This document shows positions 44,464 to 62,356 of a DNA stretch of 64,000 bases, one piece after another (the stretch's first letter is position 1; the number at the start of each line of letters is the position of its first letter). Under the pieces are notes generated by a model that saw only the letters and a list, made by a program, of their open reading frames with translations, had not been told where the DNA came from and ran no database searches. Made by a program: the position numbers and the translations under genes. Where the stretch lies: the sequence record OQ031493.1. One strand, written 5' to 3'.

Positions 44464-45852
44464 TTATGGAATTACCCAGCCACCTTGTGAACGGAAACAC
44501 ACGTAGTTAGGAGTATAATCAACGAAAATCAATCCGTTACCAGCTGCCTGGATTTTCTGTTCTTTAATAGTGAAGAATACAGTAGATCCAATAGGCCATG
44601 CATCTGGATTAGTGAAGTTAGTTCTACAGAAATCTAATGCTGCTTGCACGGATGGTTGTAATCCTAGTGCATAAAACTTTAACTTAACCGGATATGAATA
44701 CTCTGTGGCTAATTGATCAAAGTGTGTAAAAATACCATTCCCACGGAGTGGTGCTTTCCATTGTCCCATTGCCCCGGAACCAATCCGATTTATATTGATG
44801 ACATTACTCTGGCCATCGCCAGCTGTAAAGTTCACGTCTGTGTCAAAGTTCTTACGCATCCACCAAATAAGATCGCTATAACCCATTAAAGTAGCAGTTG
44901 GTTGCCCTTTAGGTTTATAATAAACCATATTAGTATTAGCTACTGTATCAGTCTTTAAATATTTACCAGTAATTCGTGAATCAAAATCACTTTTCAAATA
45001 CGACTGTACATGCGTATTTTTGACTTTATGTGGATTATCACGGCGAGCTATGTGGGCATTAAGTGGTTTTATAGCTATTTCATCTAATACGCCATATGCT
45101 AACTGCGGTGTTAGATAATGTGCATTAGATTGACCTAGTTGAGCAATGGCTGGAGTAGCCAATGGAAAGTTATTAACTAAACCTAGTTCAACATTAGTTG
45201 GGGTAATCTTGTGTGGATTAGCTTTATCTTGAATATGTTTTTCTAGGCGATCATTAAATTTCTTTAAGAACTCATCATAAATCTCTTTAACTTTACTACG
45301 GTATTCATCTTCACCGCTTGTATCACCAGCCATGAGTGCCTGTGTTATCCACTCCATCTCGTTATTATAAGGCTGATACGTATCAAGATGCCATCGTTCG
45401 CCAACTAACTCACCGTCTTTCCAATATGGTTCGTTACCAGTGTAGTCGAGATCTTTTGGCTTTGGCTTACCATTTGTTTTCCACCAGTTAATATAATCGT
45501 CGATAACTGTGAAACTAAACGCTAGATCACCGCCTACCATGTGAGCTGAAGTATACACTATTGGTGTACTAGGTGTTTTTAAGAAAACAATTGCTGAACA
45601 TATTTCTTGACCGACATACGCACTAGCATCTTTGTGATAATAAGTAACAATATAATCAATATCTTTAACTAAACGATTATATTTACCATCATAAACTTCT
45701 AACCCTTTTGTATAGAATCCACCATGATATAACTTGATGATTCTATAGTCGAATCCCTGATACTGAACTAGAGTATGAGGCTCGCTACCAATGAAACAAT
45801 CTGGATTTGTACCTAATGGATCAAATGGTAATTGTAAAATAGGATTATACAT
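44464..45852 (-). CDS. Tail fibre-like paralog (gp133 position)
   Basis: Same N-domain; HIQDKANPH and HIARRDNPH repeats. Confidence 0.8.
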   Translation of the reverse strand: MYNPILQLPFDPLGTNPDCFIGSEPHTLVQYQGFDYRIIKLYHGGFYTKGLEVYDGKYNRLVKDIDYIVTYYHKDASAYVGQEICSAIVFLKTPSTPIVYTSAHMVGGDLAFSFTVIDDYINWWKTNGKPKPKDLDYTGNEPYWKDGELVGERWHLDTYQPYNNEMEWITQALMAGDTSGEDEYRSKVKEIYDEFLKKFNDRLEKHIQDKANPHKITPTNVELGLVNNFPLATPAIAQLGQSNAHYLTPQLAYGVLDEIAIKPLNAHIARRDNPHKVKNTHVQSYLKSDFDSRITGKYLKTDTVANTNMVYYKPKGQPTATLMGYSDLIWWMRKNFDTDVNFTAGDGQSNVININRIGSGAMGQWKAPLRGNGIFTHFDQLATEYSYPVKLKFYALGLQPSVQAALDFCRTNFTNPDAWPIGSTVFFTIKEQKIQAAGNGLIFVDYTPNYVCFRSQGGWVIP

Positions 45853-45879
45853 AAGAAATACCTTTTAACTGAAACAGCA

Positions 45880-45914
45880 AAAAGAGACACAGCTTTTGGC
45901 TGTGTCTCTTATGC
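45880..45914 (-). terminator. Intrinsic terminator
   Basis: AAGAGACACAGC-TTTTG-GCTGTGTCTCTT-ATGC; T run on the minus strand. Confidence 0.8.
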
Positions 45915-45926
45915 CGGGTCAGATGT

Positions 45927-46259
45927 TTATAGACGGTCTGCTGCGTCATTAAATAATTTCGCAAGTGGACCGTATATGTGCACTCGATTATAATCATCTG
46001 TCCGTTTAGGAGTCATGTACGTAGTGTTATTGAAACCTTCTTGTGCACGCTTCTTAGTAGCTGGACGATAGTTAGCCACATTACCAAGACCAATATCCGA
46101 TGGTTGCAGATTATGTGGGTTACCTCTAGCTGCAATATGCCCATTGATCCTATTAATAACGGCTATGAATTTATTAAGGACTGCCTTAGTAAATAAGCCT
46201 TGATTACTAATAGAAGCATTTATTTGAGCATCCATCTCTTGACGTGTAACTTCTGCCAT
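45927..46259 (-). CDS. Short fibre-repeat protein (gp132 position)
   Basis: HIAARGNPHNLQPSDIGLGNV single repeat. Confidence 0.75.
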   Translation of the reverse strand: MAEVTRQEMDAQINASISNQGLFTKAVLNKFIAVINRINGHIAARGNPHNLQPSDIGLGNVANYRPATKKRAQEGFNNTTYMTPKRTDDYNRVHIYGPLAKLFNDAADRL

Positions 46260-46271
46260 TTTTAAATCCTC

Positions 46272-48587
46272 TTATGGACCAGTGGGTGGAGTTGGTTCAA
46301 TATGTTTCACACGTGTACCCCTGCCATTCCATAATAAGGAGTTATCAGGTGAATCTCCCCAGAACATGACTTGATTCAAAGTATTTACTGTCACAGTGAA
46401 ATTATGCCCTGCTGCCAATTGAATATATGGTCCAGCATGGTCATCTACGTCACATTGTCCATTATCGTTATTTCCGAAGAAAGCGATTTGGCCATCACCA
46501 TACATCACTGTGTAATGTGTGTACAATCCTGATACACCACCAATTGGGTTACTATTTACATTAGCAGTTACATCATTACCACGTCCATCAAACCATAATG
46601 GCGAGATAACCATAAAGGATGTATCATTACCATTGCGGATGATTTCCATGACATGTACTTTACTAGATTCAGATGTATAATCTTCAGGAGCAACTAATGG
46701 ATCTATTGAATGCATGATGATGTGGGTGCAACCAATTGACATTGAATCAATAACATGATTCAATGGTTTAATTGTGTTGTTAACAAAATCATTAAAAGCA
46801 CTAATGAAGCTTGGGATACCATAAGCTGTATATACATAGTCAGCACTGCTAGCTGGACCTATGTTTACAACAACTGTCATTTCACCAGGATAGGTGTCTT
46901 CAGTATTGGTAAATATAGCCCATGGTTTATTAGCAGCAGGTACTAATAGTTCAGATGTACCACCTTTAACACAACGATAAAGATCTTGGTGCTCAAAGAT
47001 TGCTGATTCACCTGTTGAACTAAAGATGAACTTACCTGTTAACATATACAGAGATGTTTTATTCGCCCAGATACTTGAAGGAATATTTCCATCTATAGGT
47101 GCAGTCCATTCTACTGGAATTGGTATCATCTCATCGACTTTAGTTTCATCGATACATGCTGACTTGGCTACACCATTCTCTACCCAATACTGACCATATC
47201 GGTGAGATACCCAGGATTCCTGAGCATATCCTAAACGCTCTGGTATAACAGCATAAGGGTTAGCTGGCGATTTAGGATGAACTACACAGTCATCTCTGAC
47301 AATTGTACAATCCCACCAACTATTAAATCCAGCATAAGCATGGAAACCTGCCGTGACACCTTGAATTAATTCCATTCGGTCATATTCACTAGTATCATCC
47401 ACAATAACTGGTAATGTATCTATCTTTAATTGTACATCATCCCAGTTAGCGTTATAGCCGGCTGCCATCCTTTCAATATCACCGAATGATGGGAATTCAT
47501 CTTTCCATTGCTCAGGTGTTAATCCACCAAAGGTAGAAGCATCACCACCACCTAGTCCTGCCAGTAGTTGATCAACTTGTGTTTTAGTATATGCATTAAC
47601 CTGGTCGGCAGTTACAGCGTGTGGGTTATTTTCATTACTAATATGTTGATTAAGTTTCTCTTCTAGTTCATTAATTCTAGAAGCATCACCAATCTGACTA
47701 TAGAGAATAGATGCAGTATAAGGTGTTAATAATACCGAATCATTAGTTACGTCTACCGCAGTAGTTGGTGTTGCAGCTGGGTAGTTAGGAACATTACCTA
47801 AATTAATATCAGCTGCTGTTAGACCGTGTACGTTACCCCTAGCCGCTATGTGGGCATTAAGCGGATTTACGGCAAACTTATTAACTAATGCTAATGTACC
47901 ACGTGGGTTCGTAAATAGATCATTACGATTAGCATCTAAATGCTGTTGATCACTTGCCATTGCATAGTTTGGAACTAGTGACAAGCCAACTTGTGCTTTA
48001 GTTACCCTGTGTGGGTTATTATAATCATGAATATGTTGGTCAGTTGTACCGGCAGCCGCAGCACGGATAGCTTCTATAATCCCTTCGATACCTTCAAGAA
48101 TCTCTTTACTACCTACTAATGAATCAATAGGTTGATTGTGTTCTAAAGGTGGGAAAGAAGCAGGTAATGGACCAATTGCACCCCATGACCGAATCAAGGG
48201 GTTATACTGTTTGCGTGCAAGCTCAGCCAGGATCTGCTGATTACTAAATCCCCATTGCCCACCTATTGTACGATAATCCATACCAATCATAGCGTTTATC
48301 GAACGCTTCATGATACGTATAGATCCAGCGATAGGTCTACCTATCGATTCCATAGCTTCAATAAACCAATGCCCAATAAGGTAATCAACACCTTCTACAT
48401 AAGTCTGATTGGTCAGTGGGTTAAATAGTCGTAATGAATCTACAAAGAAAGGTGCAGCAAATGGTATAATGAAATAATAATCATCACCATCTGGTACCTG
48501 GAGAGTTTGGCGCTCACCTTTAATAAAGTTCTGGGGATTTGTTCCATTGGGGTCGAATGGATATAACCCAGTTTCACCGTGGGCCAT
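46272..48587 (-). CDS. gp131: Tail fibre/tip protein with C-terminal beta-propeller
   Basis: Shared N-domain, three NPH-type repeats, RCC1-like IQLAAGHNFTVTV..VMFWG blades. Confidence 0.85.
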   Translation of the reverse strand: MAHGETGLYPFDPNGTNPQNFIKGERQTLQVPDGDDYYFIIPFAAPFFVDSLRLFNPLTNQTYVEGVDYLIGHWFIEAMESIGRPIAGSIRIMKRSINAMIGMDYRTIGGQWGFSNQQILAELARKQYNPLIRSWGAIGPLPASFPPLEHNQPIDSLVGSKEILEGIEGIIEAIRAAAAGTTDQHIHDYNNPHRVTKAQVGLSLVPNYAMASDQQHLDANRNDLFTNPRGTLALVNKFAVNPLNAHIAARGNVHGLTAADINLGNVPNYPAATPTTAVDVTNDSVLLTPYTASILYSQIGDASRINELEEKLNQHISNENNPHAVTADQVNAYTKTQVDQLLAGLGGGDASTFGGLTPEQWKDEFPSFGDIERMAAGYNANWDDVQLKIDTLPVIVDDTSEYDRMELIQGVTAGFHAYAGFNSWWDCTIVRDDCVVHPKSPANPYAVIPERLGYAQESWVSHRYGQYWVENGVAKSACIDETKVDEMIPIPVEWTAPIDGNIPSSIWANKTSLYMLTGKFIFSSTGESAIFEHQDLYRCVKGGTSELLVPAANKPWAIFTNTEDTYPGEMTVVVNIGPASSADYVYTAYGIPSFISAFNDFVNNTIKPLNHVIDSMSIGCTHIIMHSIDPLVAPEDYTSESSKVHVMEIIRNGNDTSFMVISPLWFDGRGNDVTANVNSNPIGGVSGLYTHYTVMYGDGQIAFFGNNDNGQCDVDDHAGPYIQLAAGHNFTVTVNTLNQVMFWGDSPDNSLLWNGRGTRVKHIEPTPPTGP

Positions 48588-48684
48588 GGTTGCCCTCCTT
48601 TAATAAAACGCTATTGCGCAATTTGTTAGCGTAATGATGTGAAATTCACATAGGATTGTCCAATCATTCCATGGAGACTGATAG

Positions 48685-49968
<1,284 letters not shown>

Positions 49969-49971
49969 CGT

Positions 49972-50004
49972 CATAATGCCCTCCCATTACGGGAGGGCAT
50001 TATG
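49972..50004. terminator. Perfect 14-bp GCCCTCCC-family palindrome between convergent genes
   Basis: CATAATGCCCTCCC-ATTAC-GGGAGGGCATTATG. Confidence 0.85.
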
Positions 50005-50018
50005 TTGTTTAGAAATTA

Positions 50019-52709
<2,691 letters not shown>

Positions 52710-52729
52710 CTAAATTTTAAAGTGAGTAA

Positions 52730-54910
<2,181 letters not shown>

Positions 54911-54917
54911 GGAGCGA

Positions 54918-55793
<876 letters not shown>

Positions 55794-55801
55794 GGTGTGT
55801 A

Positions 55802-56245
55802 ATGGCTGATACAAGAGCTGAATTAGTAGCTGCTTGGAATGTGGCTAATAAACCTAAAGATAATAATGGTAAGCCTAGGGATTTAACTGTTGATGATGTT
55901 GAATTTATAGGGACTGATACATTCTTAGCAACTGGTACAAATGCCAAAACAACAATGAGAGCGAAGACCAGTTCACTTTATTTTAAAGGTGAGACAGTTA
56001 TTTACTTTAATAGACGCTCTTTACCAGAGTACTGTCTTGGTATAAAAGTACCGGGTAAACCAACTGACTATACTGATAATTTAGAAGTAGCTGAAAAATT
56101 AAGAGATGTTTACGGTATTCCATTTATTATAGATGAGATACAACCGCAACCTATTACTGGGAATACGGTTACGATACATCCATACTTTAATAACTTGTCG
56201 TGGATACCAACAATACCAGTAACTCTTGAATTTGAAAGTAGTTAA
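55802..56245 (+). CDS. Virion protein of the same paralog family (gp126 position)
   Basis: YFKGETVIYFNRRSL motif; GAGG RBS. Confidence 0.7.
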   Translation: MADTRAELVAAWNVANKPKDNNGKPRDLTVDDVEFIGTDTFLATGTNAKTTMRAKTSSLYFKGETVIYFNRRSLPEYCLGIKVPGKPTDYTDNLEVAEKLRDVYGIPFIIDEIQPQPITGNTVTIHPYFNNLSWIPTIPVTLEFESS

Positions 56246-56260
56246 ATAAAAAAAAATAAA

Positions 56261-56296
56261 GACATAGCCCCTCTCCATGCGGAGAGGGGTTTATGC
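56261..56296. terminator. Family hairpin between convergent genes
   Basis: GACATAGCCCCTCTCC-ATGC-GGAGAGGGGTTTATGC; A-tract on the left. Confidence 0.8.
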
Positions 56297-56309
56297 CATT
56301 ACTTAATTA

Positions 56310-56942
56310 TTACCATTCAACCTTAAATTCACCGCATTTAAATGACAGTTTATTAGATCGATGATCTCGCCCAAACCAACATCCTTCCTTGGTAACTGCA
56401 TCTGCGATTTGTGGTTTAACCATATTGTTTTTGTATGATTCACGAAGTGCAGTATATAGGGCTTTATGACATGTTTCGAAGAATACCTTATTAATAGGAT
56501 TCTTATCATTAACTCGTGCTAGTGAATGTTTATCAAGAAGAGTGTGCATTCCAATTGAATACTTCTGGATAGTTTCTAGATCTTTCTTAAGCGCCCAGAT
56601 ACCATAAGTTACTTTTAGAGAAGTATTAGCTTTGGTTGATGGAATAAATGCTGATGGGTCATCAATCATTGGTGCTAATTGCTCAGTGGAATATGGATTA
56701 TAAGAAAGATATTGTTGGCCATCCCAAATATACATATCCATTGTATCTTGAACGACATATAGAACTAGAACTTTACCATTTGCCGGTAGATCACATTTTG
56801 TATTTACTTCTACAGTGTCATTAAAATCTGGTTTATAGTTACTATAACTATTCATCAATACCACATCATCGAATAGTCCTGCCATATTCACCGTATTTTT
56901 GTTTAGTAATTCTTTAAAGAATTTATTCATTTTAGCTAGCAT
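56310..56942 (-). CDS. Hypothetical protein
   Basis: AAGGAG RBS; 210 aa. Confidence 0.7.
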   Translation of the reverse strand: MLAKMNKFFKELLNKNTVNMAGLFDDVVLMNSYSNYKPDFNDTVEVNTKCDLPANGKVLVLYVVQDTMDMYIWDGQQYLSYNPYSTEQLAPMIDDPSAFIPSTKANTSLKVTYGIWALKKDLETIQKYSIGMHTLLDKHSLARVNDKNPINKVFFETCHKALYTALRESYKNNMVKPQIADAVTKEGCWFGRDHRSNKLSFKCGEFKVEW

Positions 56943-56987
56943 TGTATTACTCCTTTTTTACAATATTTGATTAAACTATACATTACT

Positions 56988-57022
56988 CATAAATAAGCCC
57001 CTCCGAAGAGGGGCTTTCATGC
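56988..57022. terminator. Family hairpin
   Basis: CATAAATAAGCCCCTC-CGAA-GAGGGGCTTTCATGC. Confidence 0.75.
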
Positions 57023-59188
57023 TTATTTGATAAGCTTAAGTAGAACAGCATTATCAACAAGAGCGCCACGAATAACTTGTAGATAAGATCCATCAGCAGT
57101 GATAATGTACATTTTGTGGGTACGTGCATCATCTGAATCTTTAGAGCTATTTAGACGCTTTGCCATTCCCATGATTACTTGAGTAATCTTGGGTTCAGTA
57201 AGTTTACTGATAAGCACTGCTTTCTCGGTATAAATATTTAGGCAGGATAGTTCCTCAAGGCGCCAGCCAGTTTGGAAACGCACTGATAGATCTAGAATAG
57301 AATTACCTTCTTCTGGATCAATATTAACACACATACTCCGTCCAACAATAAACGGAATACTAGCGGTAAATTTATCAGCTACTGACTTACCCTTCTTACC
57401 GATCAGATATGCGATAAGGTCACCGATATCTTCACAGAAGTCATCAATGGTTACCTTCTGACTCATTGAATCAGCCAGGAACTCATTAACTGCACTGGTG
57501 AGCCTTTCAACTAGGAACCGATAGTAGCGTTGAGCCAGCTTACCATCTAGCATTAGTTGCTTAAGGCGCTTTGCAATTAGATGCGGATCGGGTTCTTTTC
57601 GAATATCCTCGATCTCATACATGACTTCAGTTGAAGCATCAAATGGATGGGATGATGCTGCGCGATACTCATGTGCTGGAACTACATCATCTTCGCTTAG
57701 CTCAAGTGCTTCACGAACTGCATTGAGTGCACCAGCTTCTGCTTCAAGATTATTTGCACAAGCAATATAACCTTCTAGGATAACTGGATCATGTTCACGA
57801 TTATCAGTTAACCCAGCATCATTTGGTGAAAACTCTTCGGCTACTTCTTTAACCGGTTTGGCATCACCCATAATGGTAGATAGCTTATAACTGGTTGCAG
57901 TACGCGCACCACCACCACGATGTGCTTGACGACGGAGATCATCTTGAAGCTCATGCTTTAGATAATCCATTTCCATGTGATTCTCCCACTTACGATATAC
58001 TTCATGTACAGTGTTATCAGGCCATTTAGCAAGGAAGCGACAATATACTGCCGGATCCATTAGGATGCTGTATGGATTAGCTGAACTAGCAGTACGTACC
58101 CAATCAGGTTTATCTGCAACTAGATGAGCAGGTCGGATTTCAATGCCACCTGGATTATAGATAACATCCATCGGACGATCTTTATTAATTACAAATCCAT
58201 TGGGTACATAATAGTTCGGATCGAATACGAGTTCTTTCACATCTTGAGGGATGGGTAGATCCGTATTATCATTAGTTACAGTATTTGCATTTTGTTGTAG
58301 TTCAGGTAGAATCATTACATCACCTCCACCAGGGATTGTATCATAACTACTATTTGGAGATACTTCAACAGTGGCACCCCAAGAGTCTTTAGGTTGCATG
58401 ACTGGTTTGTTTTCCAGGAAAGGAGAAGAACCAGGTACGTCATATGCAGCATTTGCAATTGATGGACCAGTGTCATGATTAGTTGTTGGTGTATATGCCC
58501 CTGGAATGTTCAGCTGCGGATTAGCCATGGTAGCCGGTTGACCATAGGTCTGTTGGATACCTGCGTTAATTGGAGGTAGTTGTGAACTCATGCCAGGACG
58601 ACCCATTACTGCACCCATCCCAGGGAAACTTCCAGGCTGTACACCAGGTTGTTGATATCCACCCTGCATCATGGTGTTACCACCCATACGCATCTTTTGG
58701 ATATCTGATTCAATCTGCCCGATTACACCAAGTGCCTGTTGGATATTCGGCATTAGATGTTGAACTAGACTTTGTAGCTGCGGGAAGGTTTGAGCACATT
58801 TACCAACAAAACCAGACCATACTAGAGATGCAGCTTGCTGCATTGCCTGCTGTGGGTTATTCACCATTTGACGATGAATAAATAGAAACTCTAGAAAGTC
58901 AATAACTTTCTGAGCCCACTGCTGATAATAGTTATTCTGAAAACCATTACTAGATAGCAGATTATACGCAAATGCATGAAGCTGGGTGGTAGTAGCAGCA
59001 TTTTGAGCATTCAGCCGGAACAGCCCAATTACACCATTGAAATATGGTTGTAGTTGAGGATGTTGTTGATGTGGTGATAACTGTAGCGGTAGGCTAAACA
59101 GATAATTCCCATTAGGTAGGTTAGGATCGAAAGTACTGGTATCTACACTCTCAAAATCGACAGGTAGATTGTACTGTGCATAGTTCAT
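57023..59188 (-). CDS. Large protein with Q/G/P/M-rich low-complexity region (gp124 position)
   Basis: 721 aa; MMQGGYQQPGVQPGSFPGMGAVMGRPGM segment. Confidence 0.8.
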   Translation of the reverse strand: MNYAQYNLPVDFESVDTSTFDPNLPNGNYLFSLPLQLSPHQQHPQLQPYFNGVIGLFRLNAQNAATTTQLHAFAYNLLSSNGFQNNYYQQWAQKVIDFLEFLFIHRQMVNNPQQAMQQAASLVWSGFVGKCAQTFPQLQSLVQHLMPNIQQALGVIGQIESDIQKMRMGGNTMMQGGYQQPGVQPGSFPGMGAVMGRPGMSSQLPPINAGIQQTYGQPATMANPQLNIPGAYTPTTNHDTGPSIANAAYDVPGSSPFLENKPVMQPKDSWGATVEVSPNSSYDTIPGGGDVMILPELQQNANTVTNDNTDLPIPQDVKELVFDPNYYVPNGFVINKDRPMDVIYNPGGIEIRPAHLVADKPDWVRTASSANPYSILMDPAVYCRFLAKWPDNTVHEVYRKWENHMEMDYLKHELQDDLRRQAHRGGGARTATSYKLSTIMGDAKPVKEVAEEFSPNDAGLTDNREHDPVILEGYIACANNLEAEAGALNAVREALELSEDDVVPAHEYRAASSHPFDASTEVMYEIEDIRKEPDPHLIAKRLKQLMLDGKLAQRYYRFLVERLTSAVNEFLADSMSQKVTIDDFCEDIGDLIAYLIGKKGKSVADKFTASIPFIVGRSMCVNIDPEEGNSILDLSVRFQTGWRLEELSCLNIYTEKAVLISKLTEPKITQVIMGMAKRLNSSKDSDDARTHKMYIITADGSYLQVIRGALVDNAVLLKLIK

Positions 59189-59223
59189 GTGAATAATACC
59201 TATTAAGTAGTTAAAGATTTAAT

Positions 59224-60855
59224 TTATTTTGCACGGAACATTAATTGAGCGTTGTCAATTATTTCACGCACTTCTTCACGACGTTCAACTAGTCCAGTTG
59301 GACCCACTTTGGTATACATATTAAGCCTACCTCGACCATCCGGGTTGTTCTTAGGTTGGTTTTTATATTGACCTACCTCAGCAATAGATGCGTGAATAAT
59401 CCTAGATGAGTCATTGATTAGAGACTTATTATGAGCCTTAGCTGTTTTAGCGCGATCCTGTGTAACTAGGATAGATGTCCCTTTAATCAACATACTGGAG
59501 TTTGGATTACTCATTGTATCGAGTTCACCATGGTCCACTGTTAATCGTTTAATAGCTGTCTGTAGTTTAAAAGAACGTTTTAAACCTTCGTTTAGCTCTT
59601 GTACAGTCCATTCACGATCACGCCTAGACTGGAACATATAACCAAACATACTTACAGCATAGTTAAACTCTGACATCAAGTAATGCAGTACTGTTAACCT
59701 TTTACCATACATACTAGTTTCATCAATATCAGTAGCATAAAGATGATGAGCCAAACTAGTCATGATCTCGTAAAGAAGTTCCCAAATAGTACTTACATTG
59801 ACACCAACTGTTTTAAGTTCTTCAATAGTCATTTCGTCTAGTGAATTACAGAAACTGTGTAGGTGTGAATCAATGTTTTCCTCTACTTTACCTTGGTGCT
59901 CAAAATCACCAAACACCATGTGACCTAGGATAACACGCCATAAGTTGGTACTATCTACATATTCAGGTCGAGTAAACCGCATTGGAAATGCATCGACCAC
60001 ATACCAGAAACCAGCGATAAGTCGTGTGGCAAAAATAGATTCTTGATGACGAGGTATAACAAGAACCATTTCACCGGTGGGATGTTTGCCTTTTAATGTT
60101 GCACTGGAATAAATATTCCACTTTTCACGTGGATATTCTTCTTCAGGAAAATCAGACAGCAGTCCACACTTAACATCTACATTAGCCCATTGTTTGAAAG
60201 TTTGAGTTACTCCAAACTGACAGAAGAAATAATGAGCTAAACATGACTCAATATGTGGTCGATTATCCAGATCTCGTTTAGTACGCTTAGCCATTTCATT
60301 GTGAATCTGTGACCAGATCACATACATGATTTTACGCTGACCATTGCACATGTAATGGTGGTCAGTTTGTTTAAAGGTTAGCTTAGTACGACGAAACGGG
60401 ATGAAGATGCTATCATTAAGTACAGAGAACCCAACATCAGTTAATACTGGTGAACCGATATATTTCGCACCATTGATAGTTACCATATTGCCTCTCTTAA
60501 AAGCTGGTAACAACATTGGACGAGGATAAAGCATTTCCCCTTTATAACTAAACATTAGGTCAATCATGTACATGTCAGTTGGAGCAATATTGGCAATACG
60601 CTTAGCATTATATTCCCGAGTAATCTCTTCAAAATGCTTAAGCGGTGTACATGCACGATTGCCTTCATATTTGAAGCCATCGGGAAATAGAACTGAACTG
60701 ATATCAAATAAAGAATCAATATAACGCCTGGTCATATTAACACCAGTATTTGGATCACGAGTCATGGTGTGTTCGACTGTGATACCATTTGCTAGTGTTG
60801 GATTCATGCAAGGCGTATTTTCACGAATCTTTTCAATTAGAAATGGATCCGGCAT
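59224..60855 (-). CDS. gp123: Non-virion RNAP beta-like subunit, N-terminal fragment
   Basis: 543 aa; sequence matches recalled phiKZ gp123 (MPDPFLIEKIRENTPCMNP...). Confidence 0.9.
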   Translation of the reverse strand: MPDPFLIEKIRENTPCMNPTLANGITVEHTMTRDPNTGVNMTRRYIDSLFDISSVLFPDGFKYEGNRACTPLKHFEEITREYNAKRIANIAPTDMYMIDLMFSYKGEMLYPRPMLLPAFKRGNMVTINGAKYIGSPVLTDVGFSVLNDSIFIPFRRTKLTFKQTDHHYMCNGQRKIMYVIWSQIHNEMAKRTKRDLDNRPHIESCLAHYFFCQFGVTQTFKQWANVDVKCGLLSDFPEEEYPREKWNIYSSATLKGKHPTGEMVLVIPRHQESIFATRLIAGFWYVVDAFPMRFTRPEYVDSTNLWRVILGHMVFGDFEHQGKVEENIDSHLHSFCNSLDEMTIEELKTVGVNVSTIWELLYEIMTSLAHHLYATDIDETSMYGKRLTVLHYLMSEFNYAVSMFGYMFQSRRDREWTVQELNEGLKRSFKLQTAIKRLTVDHGELDTMSNPNSSMLIKGTSILVTQDRAKTAKAHNKSLINDSSRIIHASIAEVGQYKNQPKNNPDGRGRLNMYTKVGPTGLVERREEVREIIDNAQLMFRAK

Positions 60856-60864
60856 TATAAACTC

Positions 60865-61947
60865 CTAAACTTTTGGCAAAATTAAATCCATCAGTGAACC
60901 TACAATTTTAATGGATGATACTAGATCAGAGGCAATGGAGTTTAGATCACCCCATTTTAGACCATGAATCAATACAACATCTTTTGGTTTGAATTCTTTA
61001 TCAAACGTGCCAGCTGCTTTTTCCTGGGCTTCCCTTTCCTTAATATCAGCCGCTGTTAAGAGTGCAGTCTTAAGACGTTCAATAACTTTCTTATCTTTAA
61101 TTCCAACCATTGCAGCAGCTTCTTCATGTGTTCTAAAGAAACCATTTTCATGGAACTGTTCAGGAGGTATTACATATCTCTTTTCGCCATTATGACTAAT
61201 ACATCCATGCTTACCACGGATATTAACAATAAGACCAGGATCTAATGATGGATTGTAGATTGACTCAATGGCCATAATTCTGCCAGCCATTACATAAAAC
61301 AATTTATCTGGTTTATTGATGTCAGTATTATACGTTAAAGAATATGTTTCATTCCATACTTGATTAGAAAGTGCTTCTTCTTCTGGACTAAGTCCGCTGT
61401 AACCAGGAGGACTAATATTTCTATTTGGATAAAATTCAAAATACTGACTATACTCAGTTTTAAATACTTGGATACCTAAACTCTGAATCCAACCACCATG
61501 ATACTGATCTACTAGTTTTGATAAGTCAATTGAATACCAAATAGTAATCTCAGATAACTGGTTATTAAACTGATCGAATGTCTGTCGACTAAATGACTGA
61601 ATATATTCTAACATTTCCTCAGGTGTAAAACCTGGAATAGATTTAGCCATAACTTCATAGTTAAAACTATCATCACCACTCCATCGGTAAATGACCTTAA
61701 CTACCAGTCTATTAGACATTACATACTTACGGGATGTCCCAATATTGATAGCGTGACCAGACGAATCAACTACAGTAATACGATGAAATGATTCATTCCG
61801 ATACTCAACAAAACGTGAGACAGGGAGATTCCAATTAGCGTATGGATCACCCTTAGTGTATGCAGTTCCCGATTTCTTATCATACGGGTGATCGATAGTA
61901 GGCTTAACTGATACTTGAGTAAGCCCCGCAATTTTTAGTGTTACCAT
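60865..61947 (-). CDS. Conserved hypothetical protein (gp122 position)
   Basis: 360 aa, AAGG RBS. Confidence 0.7.
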   Translation of the reverse strand: MVTLKIAGLTQVSVKPTIDHPYDKKSGTAYTKGDPYANWNLPVSRFVEYRNESFHRITVVDSSGHAINIGTSRKYVMSNRLVVKVIYRWSGDDSFNYEVMAKSIPGFTPEEMLEYIQSFSRQTFDQFNNQLSEITIWYSIDLSKLVDQYHGGWIQSLGIQVFKTEYSQYFEFYPNRNISPPGYSGLSPEEEALSNQVWNETYSLTYNTDINKPDKLFYVMAGRIMAIESIYNPSLDPGLIVNIRGKHGCISHNGEKRYVIPPEQFHENGFFRTHEEAAAMVGIKDKKVIERLKTALLTAADIKEREAQEKAAGTFDKEFKPKDVVLIHGLKWGDLNSIASDLVSSIKIVGSLMDLILPKV

Positions 61948-62356
61948 TGAAATCTACCTTAATCACAACGGCCTCCAAATCTACAATGTTGGGGAGCCTC
62001 TTTTTAGTTTGATGTACGGACCTTCCCTTAAAGGATTCACTCTTTTCCTTATTACTTGACTTCTGCCATTTATGCGGGTCACTCGAACAATATAACTTTT
62101 CGGTGGCCCGCTTAAACTGTTTTTCTTGAGGGATCTCCTCAGTGTTTTTCTTGGCATAATCTGTAATAAAGTCCTCTAGCCCTTTGGGCATAAAGGCATC
62201 CTGAACAGGATGGAATTCTTCAAAGAAAGTATTAATGTATTTATCATCATCTACGGTAGACATCTTATTATCTACCATGGTATTTTTTTCTATAAGAGAT
62301 ACCCTCAGGGCATCCTGCCATCTTTCGATGACTTCTGGAAATAATTGAACGTTCAT
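61904..62356 (-). CDS. Early hypothetical protein (gp121 position)
   Basis: First gene after the early promoter at about 62400. Confidence 0.65.
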   Translation of the reverse strand: MNVQLFPEVIERWQDALRVSLIEKNTMVDNKMSTVDDDKYINTFFEEFHPVQDAFMPKGLEDFITDYAKKNTEEIPQEKQFKRATEKLYCSSDPHKWQKSSNKEKSESFKGRSVHQTKKRLPNIVDLEAVVIKVDFNGNTKNCGAYSSIS

